DNA from: an uncultured Acidobacteriota bacterium
Lineage (GTDB): Bacteria; Acidobacteriota; Thermoanaerobaculia; Multivoradales; UBA5704
Length of the DNA stretch: 64,000 nt
Direction: 5' to 3'
NCBI GenBank assembly: GCA_963700145.1
Contig: OY969474.1
Coordinates: 1,664,001-1,728,000 of the forward strand
Within the stretch, counting starts at the first letter, position 1, and every line of letters starts with the position of its first letter. The notes beneath the pieces are model-generated. The model was not told where the DNA came from, did no database searches, and worked only from the letters and a program-made list of their open reading frames with translations. The position numbers and the translations under genes are program-made. Below, piece after piece: positions 19,475 to 32,285 of this stretch.

Positions 19475-20833
19475 TCAGGGCGCCGCCCCCCGCTGCCGCA
19501 GGAGCGCGGCCACCCGCCGGCTCGCCATCGACTCGGGCGGCTCGCCCCAGCGGTTGATCGCCGTCTCGCGGTTGGCGCCGGCGTCGAGGAGCTGGCGGAC
19601 GACGGCGCAGTAGTCACGGTCGTTGCCGGGACGGGCGTTGGTCGAGCCGTGCGCCGCCCAGGCCAGCGGCGAGCAGCCGTAGGTGGCGTCGCGGACGTTG
19701 ACCGGCGCGCCGAGCGCGAGCAGCAGCCGCACCATCGCCGGGTTGCCGTGCCAGGCGGTGTGGTGCAGCGGCGTGCCGCCCCAGGCGCCCTCCCACGCGA
19801 GGTCGAAGCCCAGCTCGGCCATCAGGCGCACGCTGGCCTCCCGCCCCTCCTCGGCGGCGAGGGCGAAGGCTTGCCGGTCTTCGGGCGTCAGCTCGGCGAG
19901 GAGGTCCGGGTGGCGCGCCAGGACGGCCCGCGCCGCCGTTTCGTCGGCCGCCATGCAGGCGCCGAGGAACTCGTCGACGGGAGCGCGGCGGCCGGCATCG
20001 GCGCCGCGCGCCCGCAGGAAGTCCGCCATCGCGGCGTTGCCGGCGCGGACGGCGAGGACGTACGGCGTGCGGCCGTCGGCGCGCGGCGCGTCGAGCGCGG
20101 CGCCGTGGGCGAGGAGCAGCTCGGCCGCCGCCGGGCCGTGGCCGTAGGCGGCGAGGCGGTGGAGCGGCGTCTCGCGCGTCTCGTAGCTCGTGACGTTGGG
20201 GTCGGCGCCGTGCTCGAGGAGCCAGCGCATCCCCGCCCTCGCGGTGACGTGGTTGGGGTGGAACTCCTTCCAGCCGGCGAGGTAGTAGAGCGGCGTGTTG
20301 TTCCAGTGCGGGTGGCGTGCGCTCGGGTCGGCGCCGTGGGCGAGCAGCAGCTCGAGGCAGCCGCGGTGGTCGAGCTCCGCGGCGTGGTAGAGGGACTCGC
20401 CGTCGTTGGGCTCGGCGCCGCGCGCCAGCAGCAGGCCGACGAGCGGTACGTTGTCGCCGACGCAGGCCCAGTAGAGGGCCGGGATGCGGCTGTTGGGGTC
20501 GCTCGCGTCGAAGAGGGTGTGGTCGTTGGGGCCGGCGCCGGCGTCGAGGAGGAGCTCGGCGTAGCGCAGGATGCCCGCCGCGCGCTCCGGGCTCGCGGCA
20601 TGAAGCGGCGAGGCGCTGGCATAGAGGAGAGGCGTCCAGCCGTCGGGCTCGTGCCGGGCGGCGGCGAGCGCGGGCTCGGCGGCGAGCCGCGCGGCGACGG
20701 TGTCCGCCGCACCGGCTGCGGCGGCGGCGAAGAGATCGGCGCGGGCGACGCCGGGGTGCCGAGCGAGGAGCCGCTCGGCGGCGGCGCGGTCGTGCTCGCG
20801 CACAGCGGCGAGGAACCGCTCGGCCGCGCGCAC
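19475..20833 (-). CDS. ankyrin repeat protein
   Basis: Multiple TPL(H/Y)...LLxxGADPN repeats. Confidence 0.9.
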   Translation of the reverse strand: MRAAERFLAAVREHDRAAAERLLARHPGVARADLFAAAAAGAADTVAARLAAEPALAAARHEPDGWTPLLYASASPLHAASPERAAGILRYAELLLDAGAGPNDHTLFDASDPNSRIPALYWACVGDNVPLVGLLLARGAEPNDGESLYHAAELDHRGCLELLLAHGADPSARHPHWNNTPLYYLAGWKEFHPNHVTARAGMRWLLEHGADPNVTSYETRETPLHRLAAYGHGPAAAELLLAHGAALDAPRADGRTPYVLAVRAGNAAMADFLRARGADAGRRAPVDEFLGACMAADETAARAVLARHPDLLAELTPEDRQAFALAAEEGREASVRLMAELGFDLAWEGAWGGTPLHHTAWHGNPAMVRLLLALGAPVNVRDATYGCSPLAWAAHGSTNARPGNDRDYCAVVRQLLDAGANRETAINRWGEPPESMASRRVAALLRQRGAAP

Positions 20834-20836
20834 CGC

Positions 20837-20986
20837 TCAGCGCTTCTCCGCCGCCAGGCGCTTGAGGAGCTGGACCTGCCCGGCGTGGTAGAGGTCGTGG
20901 GCCGCGATCCCAGTGCAGGAAGGCCGGTCGAACGCCTGGTCGAGGAGGGCGAGGAGGAGGTCGCGCTCGCCCGCGGCGCCGCTCAT
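20837..20986 (-). pseudogene. internally deleted DinB-family gene
   Basis: The N-terminal LLDQAFDRPS is joined directly to the C-terminal GIAAHDLYHAGQVQLLKRL; 49 aa. Confidence 0.65.
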
Positions 20987-22197
20987 GATCCGCGGTCCCC
21001 GTCCAGCGCGCCGTGCGCGCGCAGCAGCAACGTCTTGATCGGCAGGTCGTAGCTGCATGCCTGCTCGCAGAAGCCAGCGCAGTGCGCGCAGTGGGCGGCG
21101 CGCTCGGAGGCGACGAGACGCGCGTACGACTCCACCGCCCGCCCCTCTTGCCGGTACTCGTGGTAATACATCGAGAAGCGCAGGATGTCGGCGATCCGCA
21201 CGTCTTCGGGGCAGGCCTCGTGGCAGGCGCCGCTGAAGCGGCAGACCTCCTGCGAGAAGGTCGCGGCGTACTCCTCGAGGACGGCGTGGTCGGCGGCGGC
21301 GAGCGGGGCGCCCGAGGCGGTGACGTACTCGTCCACCTGCCGGCGGCTGGCGATCGAGATGATCAGGTTCGACAGCCGCGCGTTCGACAGCACCCACTTG
21401 AGCGCCGCCTGCCGGAAGCTCGTCTGCCGGTCGCGGAAGCGCTCGAGGTCGGCGCCCTTGGCCCCGGCGAGGGTCTTCATCGCCACGAAACCGACGCCGC
21501 GCCGGTGGGCGCGGTCGATGAGCCGATTCTGCTCCGGGTAGTCGAGGAAGCTGTAGCGGCCGAGGAGGACGTCGAAGCGGCCGTCGGCGACGGCGTGGCC
21601 CATCACCTCCATCAGGTCCGGGTCGTGACCGCTGACGCCGAGGAAGCGCGCCTTGCCCGCCTGTTTCGCCGCCGCGAAGGCGGCGAGCATCTCCGGGTTG
21701 CGCAGGCGCTCGATCCCCAAGCCGTCCGAGCGCTCCCCCACCTCGTGGTTGAGCAGCACGTCCACGCGATCGCTGCGCAGGCGCCGCAGGCTGCCGTCGA
21801 GCATCTCGAGGAAGTGCCGCTTGCGCGCCGGCTTGCCGACGTGGTGCGGGCACCACTTGGTCGCCAGCACGACCTTGTCGCGCCGGCCGCGCAGCCCCTC
21901 GCCGAGCACCTCCTCGCTGCGCCCGCCGCGGTAGCAATGGGAGGTGTCGAAGTAGTTGATCCCCTGGTCGACGGCGTAGCGGACGACGTCCGGGTCGTCC
22001 ACCGGGTAGCCGCCGAAACCGATCTCCGAGACCTGCAAGCCGGTGCGGCCGAGCCGGCGATAGCGCATGCCGCCGGCGCGCGGCGCGGCGGCCGCTTCCG
22101 GCTCCGCCGCGGCGCCGGCGGCCGTGAGCGCCCCGAGCGCGGCCGACCCGCGCAGCAGCTCGCGGCGGCTCAGCCCTTCGCGATCCCGTTCAGACAT
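20983..22197 (-). CDS. aldo/keto reductase with twin-arginine leader and C-terminal Fe-S motifs
   Basis: SRRELL leader, YRRLGRTGLQVSEIGFG, GINYFDTS, CRFSGACHEAC, CAHCAGFCEQAC. Confidence 0.9.
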   Translation of the reverse strand: MSERDREGLSRRELLRGSAALGALTAAGAAAEPEAAAAPRAGGMRYRRLGRTGLQVSEIGFGGYPVDDPDVVRYAVDQGINYFDTSHCYRGGRSEEVLGEGLRGRRDKVVLATKWCPHHVGKPARKRHFLEMLDGSLRRLRSDRVDVLLNHEVGERSDGLGIERLRNPEMLAAFAAAKQAGKARFLGVSGHDPDLMEVMGHAVADGRFDVLLGRYSFLDYPEQNRLIDRAHRRGVGFVAMKTLAGAKGADLERFRDRQTSFRQAALKWVLSNARLSNLIISIASRRQVDEYVTASGAPLAAADHAVLEEYAATFSQEVCRFSGACHEACPEDVRIADILRFSMYYHEYRQEGRAVESYARLVASERAAHCAHCAGFCEQACSYDLPIKTLLLRAHGALDGDRGS

Positions 22198-22621
22198 GTC
22201 TCCCCTCCAACGCGAGCCGCGCCCCCGGCCGGGTCAACAGCACCAGGAAAAGGACGAAGAACGCGAGTACGTAGACCTTGTTGGTGAGCCAGAGCAGCCG
22301 CCAGAAGGAGAGGTCCGGTCGCTGCCAGTACGCCGCCAGCTTGACCGCCACGATGACGACCTCCGCCACCGCCACGGCGACGCCGCAGAGCCAGGCCCGC
22401 CGGTCGCGCCGCCAGAGCATCCAGGCGAGCGCGAGGTGGGCGATCCACCAGAAGTCCCACATGACCGGGGGGCCGGCCGCCGCGCGGCCCGCGGCGCGCT
22501 CGGCGGCGAACCAGGCGGCGGGGGCGAGGAACTTGACGACGAGGGTCCAGGTCGCCATGACGACGAGCGCGAAGACGCTGAAGACGACCCAGCCGGAGGG
22601 CGGCTCCGCAGGATTCCTCAT
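22190..22621 (-). CDS. hypothetical membrane protein
   Basis: About 4 hydrophobic segments; overlaps both neighbours as expected in an operon. Confidence 0.7.
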   Translation of the reverse strand: MRNPAEPPSGWVVFSVFALVVMATWTLVVKFLAPAAWFAAERAAGRAAAGPPVMWDFWWIAHLALAWMLWRRDRRAWLCGVAVAVAEVVIVAVKLAAYWQRPDLSFWRLLWLTNKVYVLAFFVLFLVLLTRPGARLALEGRHV

Positions 22622-23409
22622 GCGGCCACCTGTCGGCGCCGGCCGAGGAGCGCCGCGACGAGCCCGAGCGCCAGCGCCGCCGTGGCCGCCCGCGCGACGT
22701 AGAACAACGGCCCGCCCGCGACGTAGTTGGCGGCCGGGAAGAAGAGGCTGTACCAGTCGTTGATGACGAAGGCCTCGGTGAAGACCAGGAGGCCGCGGTA
22801 GAGGCCGGCGACGACGAGGCCCCCGCCGCGGGCGAAGAGCAGGACGAGGGTCAGCTCGCGGCAGACGGTCGCCGCGAGCGAGGCGGCGACGAAGGCGGGG
22901 TCCCGCACCTGCCCCTCGGGCAGGATCGCCGGCAGCGCGAGGGCGGTCCCGGCGAGCGCGGAGAGCGCCGCCGCGGCCGGCGCTGACAGCCGGCGGCGCC
23001 AACCCGCGTAGACGCAGCCGCGGAGAGCCCGCTCCCATCCCGCGACGCCGAGGACGAGGCACGCCGGCAGCGCCCAGAGCGCCGCCCGCGCGAGCCCCCC
23101 GCCGGCCAGCTCCTGGGCGCCGTACGTGAAGGTCACGCTCCGTGTCGCGTGGGCCACGGCGAGGAAGCTCTGATCGGCCGCGAAGGCGAGGAGCGCGGCC
23201 GCCAGGCCGGCAAGGCGGTGGGACGGCGCACGACCTGCTGCGCCGCCCCTCCCGCACCAGGCGGCGAGCGCCGCCGCGGCCAGCGGCAGGCCCCAGAGCA
23301 CGACCCGCCGCTGGAGCTCCACCGCCCCAAACAGCCCTGCGGCTCCGGCGACGGTCACTCCGCCGCCGAGCGCACAGAGCAGCACCGTGAAGATGGCCGT
23401 CCGCCGCAC
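22618..23409 (-). CDS. multi-TM protein, degenerate CPBP/Abi-like
   Basis: Multiple TMs; WERALRG resembles the EExxFRG motif. Confidence 0.5.
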   Translation of the reverse strand: MRRTAIFTVLLCALGGGVTVAGAAGLFGAVELQRRVVLWGLPLAAAALAAWCGRGGAAGRAPSHRLAGLAAALLAFAADQSFLAVAHATRSVTFTYGAQELAGGGLARAALWALPACLVLGVAGWERALRGCVYAGWRRRLSAPAAAALSALAGTALALPAILPEGQVRDPAFVAASLAATVCRELTLVLLFARGGGLVVAGLYRGLLVFTEAFVINDWYSLFFPAANYVAGGPLFYVARAATAALALGLVAALLGRRRQVAA

Positions 23410-23494
23410 GTCTCACTTCCCGGCGGAACGCTACCACCCGGCTCTCGGCACCTCGGCGCCGCGCGCGTAAAAAGATTGCAAAAACCGCGGAGCG

Positions 23495-24190
23495 TCAGCT
23501 CTTGGGCTTGATCTCGTACTCGCCGCCCGGATAGACGAAAGAGTCGCGCGGCGCGAACCAGGAGGAGCCGGTCACGACCTGCAGCGGCTGTGCCGGGCGC
23601 ATCACCCAGGTCGGGTGGTCCTTGGCCAGGAACTCGACGGCCTGCAGCTCGAAGGGGTCGACCAGGTCGCCGATGTAGGCGTAGTTGCCCGCGATCAGCT
23701 TGCCGTCGAGCCGAGTGACGTAGGTGAGGTGGCCGCGGGCGACGACGCCGATCTTCGTCCCCACCCGCGCGCGGGTGCGGATGACCGGCACGCCTTCGAA
23801 CGAGGTCGTGGCCTCCAGCTCGTGGCCGTTCACCTCGACGGTGGTCGAGCCGGCGGTCGCGGGCACGCCGCGCTCGAGGACGTAGGCGCGCATCACCGGC
23901 GAGGAGTTGAGGTAGTTGGTGAAGAAACGCCCCGGGGTGACGCCGTCGGGCGCCGTGACGTTGCCGAGGTCGATGCCGAGATAGGTGAGCGAATAGGCGC
24001 CGAAGCCCGAGGTCTGCTCCTCGGAGTCGACGACGTACTGGTTCATGTAGACGGCGCGGTTCGCCGCCGGCTCGAGGCCGCGCGGCAGCAGCGCCGCGAC
24101 CTTCTCCGGCTCGGCCGGGACCCAGCTCGAGTAGATCATCCGGCTGTTGATGACGAGCTGCGGCGCGGCGAGGCTCGACTGCTCAGGCAT
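23495..24190 (-). CDS. acetoacetate decarboxylase-like protein
   Basis: AEPEKVAALLPRGLEP and SGFGAYSLTY pattern; AGGAG RBS. Confidence 0.55.
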   Translation of the reverse strand: MPEQSSLAAPQLVINSRMIYSSWVPAEPEKVAALLPRGLEPAANRAVYMNQYVVDSEEQTSGFGAYSLTYLGIDLGNVTAPDGVTPGRFFTNYLNSSPVMRAYVLERGVPATAGSTTVEVNGHELEATTSFEGVPVIRTRARVGTKIGVVARGHLTYVTRLDGKLIAGNYAYIGDLVDPFELQAVEFLAKDHPTWVMRPAQPLQVVTGSSWFAPRDSFVYPGGEYEIKPKS

Positions 24191-24280
24191 GCATAGGCTC
24201 CTTCAGGACGACAGATTCACGGACCGGCGCACGCCGCGCCGGAAGGGCGCGCATCTTACCGAATGCGACGACTCGTTTCT

Positions 24281-27580
<3,300 letters not shown>

Positions 27581-27637
27581 GCAGGGGTCTCCTTCGGGTC
27601 TCGGGTTCGGGCCCGAGATGCTACCTCAACGGCCTAG

Positions 27638-28907
27638 CAGGCTGCTGAAAAACCCCGGTTCGCGCTACCCTTGCAGGCCATGCGAGGGAAAGCGCGCGAG
27701 CAGAGGACGTTGTTGATGGTGGGGTCGTTGGAGGAGCGGATTCCGGCGGCGCATCCGATCCGGCGGATCAAGGGGCTGGCCGACCGGGCTCTCGGGCAGT
27801 TGAGTGAGGTGTTTGCGGTGATGTACGCCGAGACGGGGCGGCCGTCGGTGCCGCCGGAGCGGCTGCTCAAGGCGCAGCTGCTGATCGCGCTGTTTTCGGT
27901 GCGGAGCGACCGGCAGTTTTGCGAGCAGCTCGAGTACAACCTGCTGTTTCGCTGGTTTTTGGATCTGGAGCTCGACGAGCCGTCGTTTGACGCGAGCACG
28001 TTTTCACGCAACCGGGAGCGGCTGATCCGGCACGAGGTGGCCGAGCGGTTTTTGGCGGCGATCGTGGCTGAGGCGAGCGTGCAGCGGCTGCTGTCGAGCG
28101 AGCACTTCTCGGTGGATGGGACGCTGATCGAGGCCTGGGCGTCGATGAAGAGCTTCCGGCCCAAGGACGGGCCACCGGGCGGAGACGCCAACGGCTGGAG
28201 CGATTTCACGGGGACGAAGCGGAGCAACGAGACGCACGCCTCGACGACCGACCCGGAAGCGCGCCTGGCCCGCAAGGGGGATGGGCACGAGGCGAAGCTC
28301 TCGTTTTCCGGCCACGCTCTGATGGAGAACCGCAACGGATTGTTGGTGGACTTCGTGGTGGCCCAGGCCGATGGGTTCGCCGAGCGTCGCGAAGCTCTGG
28401 GTCTGCTCGCGCGGCTCGAAGGCTCGCGGCGCAAGACGGTGGGCGCCGATAAGAGCTACGACACCAAGGGCTTCGTGGCTGCCTGCCGAGAGCTCGGCGT
28501 CACCCCCCACGTCACCCAGAATGCCCACCGGCGCAGGCGCTCGGCAATCGACCGGCGAACAACGCGCCGTCCCGGCTACCGGATCAGTCAGGTCGTACGG
28601 CGGCGAATCGAGACGATCTTCGGCTGGCTCAAGACCTGCGCAGGGCTGCACCGGACCAGGGTCCGAGGCGTGGCGAGGACGCAGCTGGCCGCCCGCCTCG
28701 CCGCCGCAGCGTACAACCTGCTCCGATTAAGTCGCCTGCTCGTGCCAGCATAGCCCAAAAAGGTCCTGCCCAGCAAAACCAGCGGCGCTCAAACGCGCCC
28801 ACAAGGCGCCTGTTGCCCTCCCCTTCCACCCGCGCACGCGACATCGCCCGCTCCCAGATCGCTGTCAGCCTCGCACCCGCCGTTGAAGGCCGTTTCTCAG
28901 CGGCCTG
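27638..28907 (+). mobile_element. IS5-family insertion sequence with CTAG target duplication
   Basis: IRs CAGGCTGCTGAAAAA and (reverse complement) CAGGCCGCTGAGAAA. CTAG is present at 27634-27637 and 28908-28911. Confidence 0.9.
27680..28753 (+). CDS. IS5-family transposase (DUF772 + DDE)
   Basis: GRPSVPPERLLKA, NLLFRWF, FSVDGTLIEAWAS, GADKSYD, RRRIETIFGW. Confidence 0.95.
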   Translation: MRGKAREQRTLLMVGSLEERIPAAHPIRRIKGLADRALGQLSEVFAVMYAETGRPSVPPERLLKAQLLIALFSVRSDRQFCEQLEYNLLFRWFLDLELDEPSFDASTFSRNRERLIRHEVAERFLAAIVAEASVQRLLSSEHFSVDGTLIEAWASMKSFRPKDGPPGGDANGWSDFTGTKRSNETHASTTDPEARLARKGDGHEAKLSFSGHALMENRNGLLVDFVVAQADGFAERREALGLLARLEGSRRKTVGADKSYDTKGFVAACRELGVTPHVTQNAHRRRRSAIDRRTTRRPGYRISQVVRRRIETIFGWLKTCAGLHRTRVRGVARTQLAARLAAAAYNLLRLSRLLVPA

Positions 28908-30716
28908 CTAGCCCTGCCGCGCGATCCAGGCGTCGATCCGCCGCTCCAGCACCTCGAGCGGCAGCGCGCCGGCGCTCAGCACCTCGTCGTGGAAGGCGCG
29001 GATGTCGAAGCGCGGCCCGAGCGCCTTCTGCGCCTTCTCGCGCAGCTCCAGGATCTTGAGCTGGCCGATCTTGTAGCCCAGCGCCTGCCCCGGCCAGACG
29101 ATGTAGCGGTCGGTCTCGGCCTGGATGTCCGGCTCGTCGACGGCCGAGTGGTCGCGGAAGAACTGCACCACCTGGTCGCGGCTCCACCTCTTGTAGTGGA
29201 AGCCGGTGTCGACGACGAGGCGGATGGCGCGCAGCATCTCGTCCTGCAGGCGGCCGTAGTCGCTGTAGGGGTCCTGGTAGAAGCCGACCTCCTTGCCCAG
29301 CCGCTCGGAGTAGAGCGCCCAGCCCTCGGCGTAGGCGGTGAAGTGGGCCTGCTGGCGGAAGGGCGGCAGGCTCGGCAGCTCCTGGGCGATCGCGACCTGC
29401 AGGTGGTGGCCCGGCACCGCCTCGTGATAGGCGGTCGACTCGATCGTCAGCGTCTTCCGCTTGTCCGGCTCGCCAGTGTTGACCCTGACCACTCCTGGGC
29501 GGGAGCCGTCGGGCGTGCCCTGGTTGTACTCGGCGCCGGCGGCCTCCTTTTCGCGGAACTCCTCGACCGGCTCGACGACCACCTTCGCCTTCGGCAGGCG
29601 GCCGAAGAGCTGCGGGAGCTTGGCGTACATCTGGTCGGTGTAGCGGCGGTAGAGGTCGAGCATCCGCTCGCGGCTGCCGGCGCGGAGCTTGGGGTCGGCC
29701 TCGATCGCGGCGTTGAAGCTCTTCAAGTCCTGGTAACCGAGCTTCTTGGCGATCGCCAGCATCTCGGTCTCGATCGCCGCCACCTGCTGGAGGCCGAGCT
29801 GGTGGATCTGTTCCGGCGTCATGTCGGTCGTCGTCTGGCGCTTGACCGCCAGGGCGTAGCGCGCCGCGCCGTCGGGCAGCGCCCACACCCCCGGCTCCGT
29901 GCGGCCCCGCGGCGCGTACTCGTCGCGCACGAACTTGGCGAAGGCGGCGTAGGCCGGGAGGACGGCGTCGCGCAGGACGCCGTGGAGCTCGCGCGTAAGT
30001 CGCTCGCGCTCGGCGGCGGGGACGGCGTCGGGGAAGCTCGAGAGCGGGCGGCTGAAGGGCGAGGTCTCGGGCGGCGTGTCGGCGATCCCCTGCGCTTGCG
30101 TCGCCACCTTCTCGAGCAGGAACTTGGGCGGCATCAGGCCCTCGGCCATGCCGACCCGCATGTGCGCCACGGTGTCGTCGAACATCTTCGGCAGCTTCTT
30201 GAGCCGGGCGATCCAGTCCTCGTAGTCCTTGACCGACGCGAAGGAGAGGTAGGACGCAAACTGCGCCGCTTCCAGGTGGATGCCGCCCATCTGGTTGACC
30301 GGCATGCGCCAGCCGTGGAAGCGGACGCCTTCCAGCCGGTCGCGCATCTGCCGCACCATCAGCTCCTTGTTGAGCGCCTCCTGGTCGGGGAAGCCTGTCG
30401 TGTCGATGGCCTCGAAGCGGCCCAGGAGCTCGCGGGTCTTCGCGAGGTCGCGGTCGAGGGCTTCCTGCGAGAGGTCGGAGACCTGGTCGTTCCAGCGCTT
30501 GTCGCCCAGGATCGAGGCGAACTCGGGGCTGGTCGAAAGCACGTACTCCCACTGCTCGTCGATCAGGCGGGAGAGCGCCTGGCGGCGGGCTTCGAGGTCC
30601 GCCGCGGGTGCGGCGGCCGGGGCGGCTGGTTTGGTGGTCGAGGTGCCGTTCGGGGCGGCCAAGGCGGCGACGGGCAGGAGCAGGAGCGAGACGCAGAGCG
30701 GTGCGATTGGGCGCAT
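28908..30716 (-). CDS. DUF885 family exported protein (HExxxGH metallopeptidase-like)
   Basis: Signal peptide, HEAVPGHHLQ, AYAEGWALYSE, RLVVDTG, PGQALGYKIG. Confidence 0.93.
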   Translation of the reverse strand: MRPIAPLCVSLLLLPVAALAAPNGTSTTKPAAPAAAPAADLEARRQALSRLIDEQWEYVLSTSPEFASILGDKRWNDQVSDLSQEALDRDLAKTRELLGRFEAIDTTGFPDQEALNKELMVRQMRDRLEGVRFHGWRMPVNQMGGIHLEAAQFASYLSFASVKDYEDWIARLKKLPKMFDDTVAHMRVGMAEGLMPPKFLLEKVATQAQGIADTPPETSPFSRPLSSFPDAVPAAERERLTRELHGVLRDAVLPAYAAFAKFVRDEYAPRGRTEPGVWALPDGAARYALAVKRQTTTDMTPEQIHQLGLQQVAAIETEMLAIAKKLGYQDLKSFNAAIEADPKLRAGSRERMLDLYRRYTDQMYAKLPQLFGRLPKAKVVVEPVEEFREKEAAGAEYNQGTPDGSRPGVVRVNTGEPDKRKTLTIESTAYHEAVPGHHLQVAIAQELPSLPPFRQQAHFTAYAEGWALYSERLGKEVGFYQDPYSDYGRLQDEMLRAIRLVVDTGFHYKRWSRDQVVQFFRDHSAVDEPDIQAETDRYIVWPGQALGYKIGQLKILELREKAQKALGPRFDIRAFHDEVLSAGALPLEVLERRIDAWIARQG

Positions 30717-30741
30717 GGAGGCCCTCCTGCCGCTGTCTACG

Positions 30742-31071
30742 CTATTCGGGCGGCAGGGTTTCGCCCTCCTCCTCGTCTTCCGGGGCAGGGCCCGCGGCGA
30801 AGCCCTCGACCGCGGTCTGGATGAGCGCCCGCGCCTCCTCGGCGCGGTCGGCCGCCACGTGGATCTCGACCGCCATCGGGTCCTCGTTCGAGACAAACCC
30901 GCCCGACAGGGGCAGGAGGCCGAACGATTCCTCGCCCTCGGTGTAGAACGGAATCCCGGCCGCCTCCAGCGCCGACCTCAAGACCGGCAAGAGCGTCGGA
31001 TCGGCCGTCTCGAAGACCTCCACCAGCTCGAGGTTCGGGTTGCCCTGCGGTTCTTCCGGCTCGTCCGCCAT
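30742..31071 (-). CDS. DUF2007 (putative signal-transducing) protein
   Basis: LVEVFET...LRSALEAAGIP...EIHVAADRAEEARALI. Confidence 0.8.
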   Translation of the reverse strand: MADEPEEPQGNPNLELVEVFETADPTLLPVLRSALEAAGIPFYTEGEESFGLLPLSGGFVSNEDPMAVEIHVAADRAEEARALIQTAVEGFAAGPAPEDEEEGETLPPE

Positions 31072-31147
31072 CGCGTTCCTCCCCGTGTGACGACCGGAGC
31101 ATACAAGCGTTCCCTCGCCGCGCTGTAGAATTGGCGGAGCGGGAATC

Positions 31148-31492
31148 ATGAAGGCCCAACCCTCAGTGGTCAGCGCCGAGGTCCGCGACGGGATCCGCGA
31201 GATGGTCCGCCGGATCGTCGAGCAGTTCGATCCGGAGCAGATCATCCTCTTCGGCTCCCACGCACGGGGTACGTGCCGACCAGACAGCGACATCGACCTC
31301 CTCGTCGTCATGTCCCACCACGGCTCGCGCCGTCAGCAGCAGGTCGAAATTCGCCTCGCGCTCCACGATCTGGCCTTCGCCAAAGACGTGATCGTCGCCA
31401 CGCCCGAGGAGTTCGCATCGCGCAAGGAGGTCCCGGGCACGATCGAGCGGCCAGCGGCGCGCGAGGGCAAGGTTCTCTATGCCCGATCCTGA
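31148..31492 (+). CDS. minimal nucleotidyltransferase (MNT) antitoxin
   Basis: IILFGSHARG...DSDIDLLVV. Confidence 0.9.
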   Translation: MKAQPSVVSAEVRDGIREMVRRIVEQFDPEQIILFGSHARGTCRPDSDIDLLVVMSHHGSRRQQQVEIRLALHDLAFAKDVIVATPEEFASRKEVPGTIERPAAREGKVLYARS

Positions 31493-31907
31493 TCTCGCGC
31501 TCGAAGTGGCGCGAGAGTGGATCTCGAAAGCGGAGAACGATCTCAAGACGGCGGCTCACGTCCTCAAGCTCGGCGAGCACAGCCCTACCGACTCTGTCTG
31601 CTTTCACGCGCAGCAATGCGTCGAAAAGTACGTGAAGGCCGTGCTCGTCCTCGCCGGCACCGATTTCCCGAAGACCCACGATCTCGAGCGGCTCATCGCG
31701 ATGTGCCCGAAGAGCCTGCGCCCGAGCCTGTCCGCTGCGGAGCAAGCGCTCCTTACTGAGTACGCAACCGGCGCCCGCTATCCTGGCTGGGGTGAGATCC
31801 GACTGGCCGAAGCCCGTAAGGCGGTGAGCTTGGCGCGGCGGGTGCGTAAAGAGCTTCGCGCGGTCCTGCCTAGGAAAGTGTGGGCGGCGAGGTCGCGAAA
31901 GCCATGA
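31479..31907 (+). CDS. HEPN domain toxin
   Basis: WISKAENDL, CFHAQQCVEKYVKA, PKTHDL, ARYPG; overlaps the MNT gene. Confidence 0.9.
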   Translation: MPDPDLALEVAREWISKAENDLKTAAHVLKLGEHSPTDSVCFHAQQCVEKYVKAVLVLAGTDFPKTHDLERLIAMCPKSLRPSLSAAEQALLTEYATGARYPGWGEIRLAEARKAVSLARRVRKELRAVLPRKVWAARSRKP

Positions 31908-31930
31908 AGCGCTCGCCTATGCTCGACCAA

Positions 31931-31984
31931 ATGCGATTTCTCGTCACCCTCGAACAGGACGAGGACGGTCGCACTCTGCCTGGA
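31931..31984 (+). pseudogene. HicB-family antitoxin N-terminal remnant
   Basis: MRFLVTLEQDEDG..TLPG resembles a HicB N-terminus; TATGCT lies 7 nt upstream; similarity then ends. Confidence 0.5.
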
Positions 31985-32003
31985 AGTGCGGGCGGAGCAA
32001 AGG

Positions 32004-32246
32004 CTAGCGCTGTCTTCGAACGATTCGCTCCAGCCCTAGCCGGTCCACCCGCACCTTCGCCACCGGCTTGCCGTCGCGCAGGAGGACGGGGACGGCTTCG
32101 CCGTAGCGCAGGCGGAGGGTGGGGTTGCCGTCTACGTCCACCGGTTGCCAGGTGAGGCCGTGGGCGGGGAGTACCTCGTCGAGGAGGGCGGCCATCCCGT
32201 GGCAGAGGTGGCAGCCGGCGCGGGTGATCAGCTCATAGCGCGCCAT
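32004..32246 (-). CDS. glutaredoxin-like protein (DUF836), copy 1
   Basis: TRAGCHLC, VDVD, YGEAVPVLL. Confidence 0.88.
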   Translation of the reverse strand: MARYELITRAGCHLCHGMAALLDEVLPAHGLTWQPVDVDGNPTLRLRYGEAVPVLLRDGKPVAKVRVDRLGLERIVRRQR

Positions 32247-32256
32247 CTCTCCCCCG

Positions 32257-32285
32257 CCCAGATCCTTCGCTGCGCTCAGGATGAC
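32257..32285. repeat. REP-like element (GTCATCCTGAGCG..GCGAAGGATCT family)
   Basis: CCCAGATCCTTCGCTGCGCTCAGGATGAC; two more copies at 45549-45651. Confidence 0.8.
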
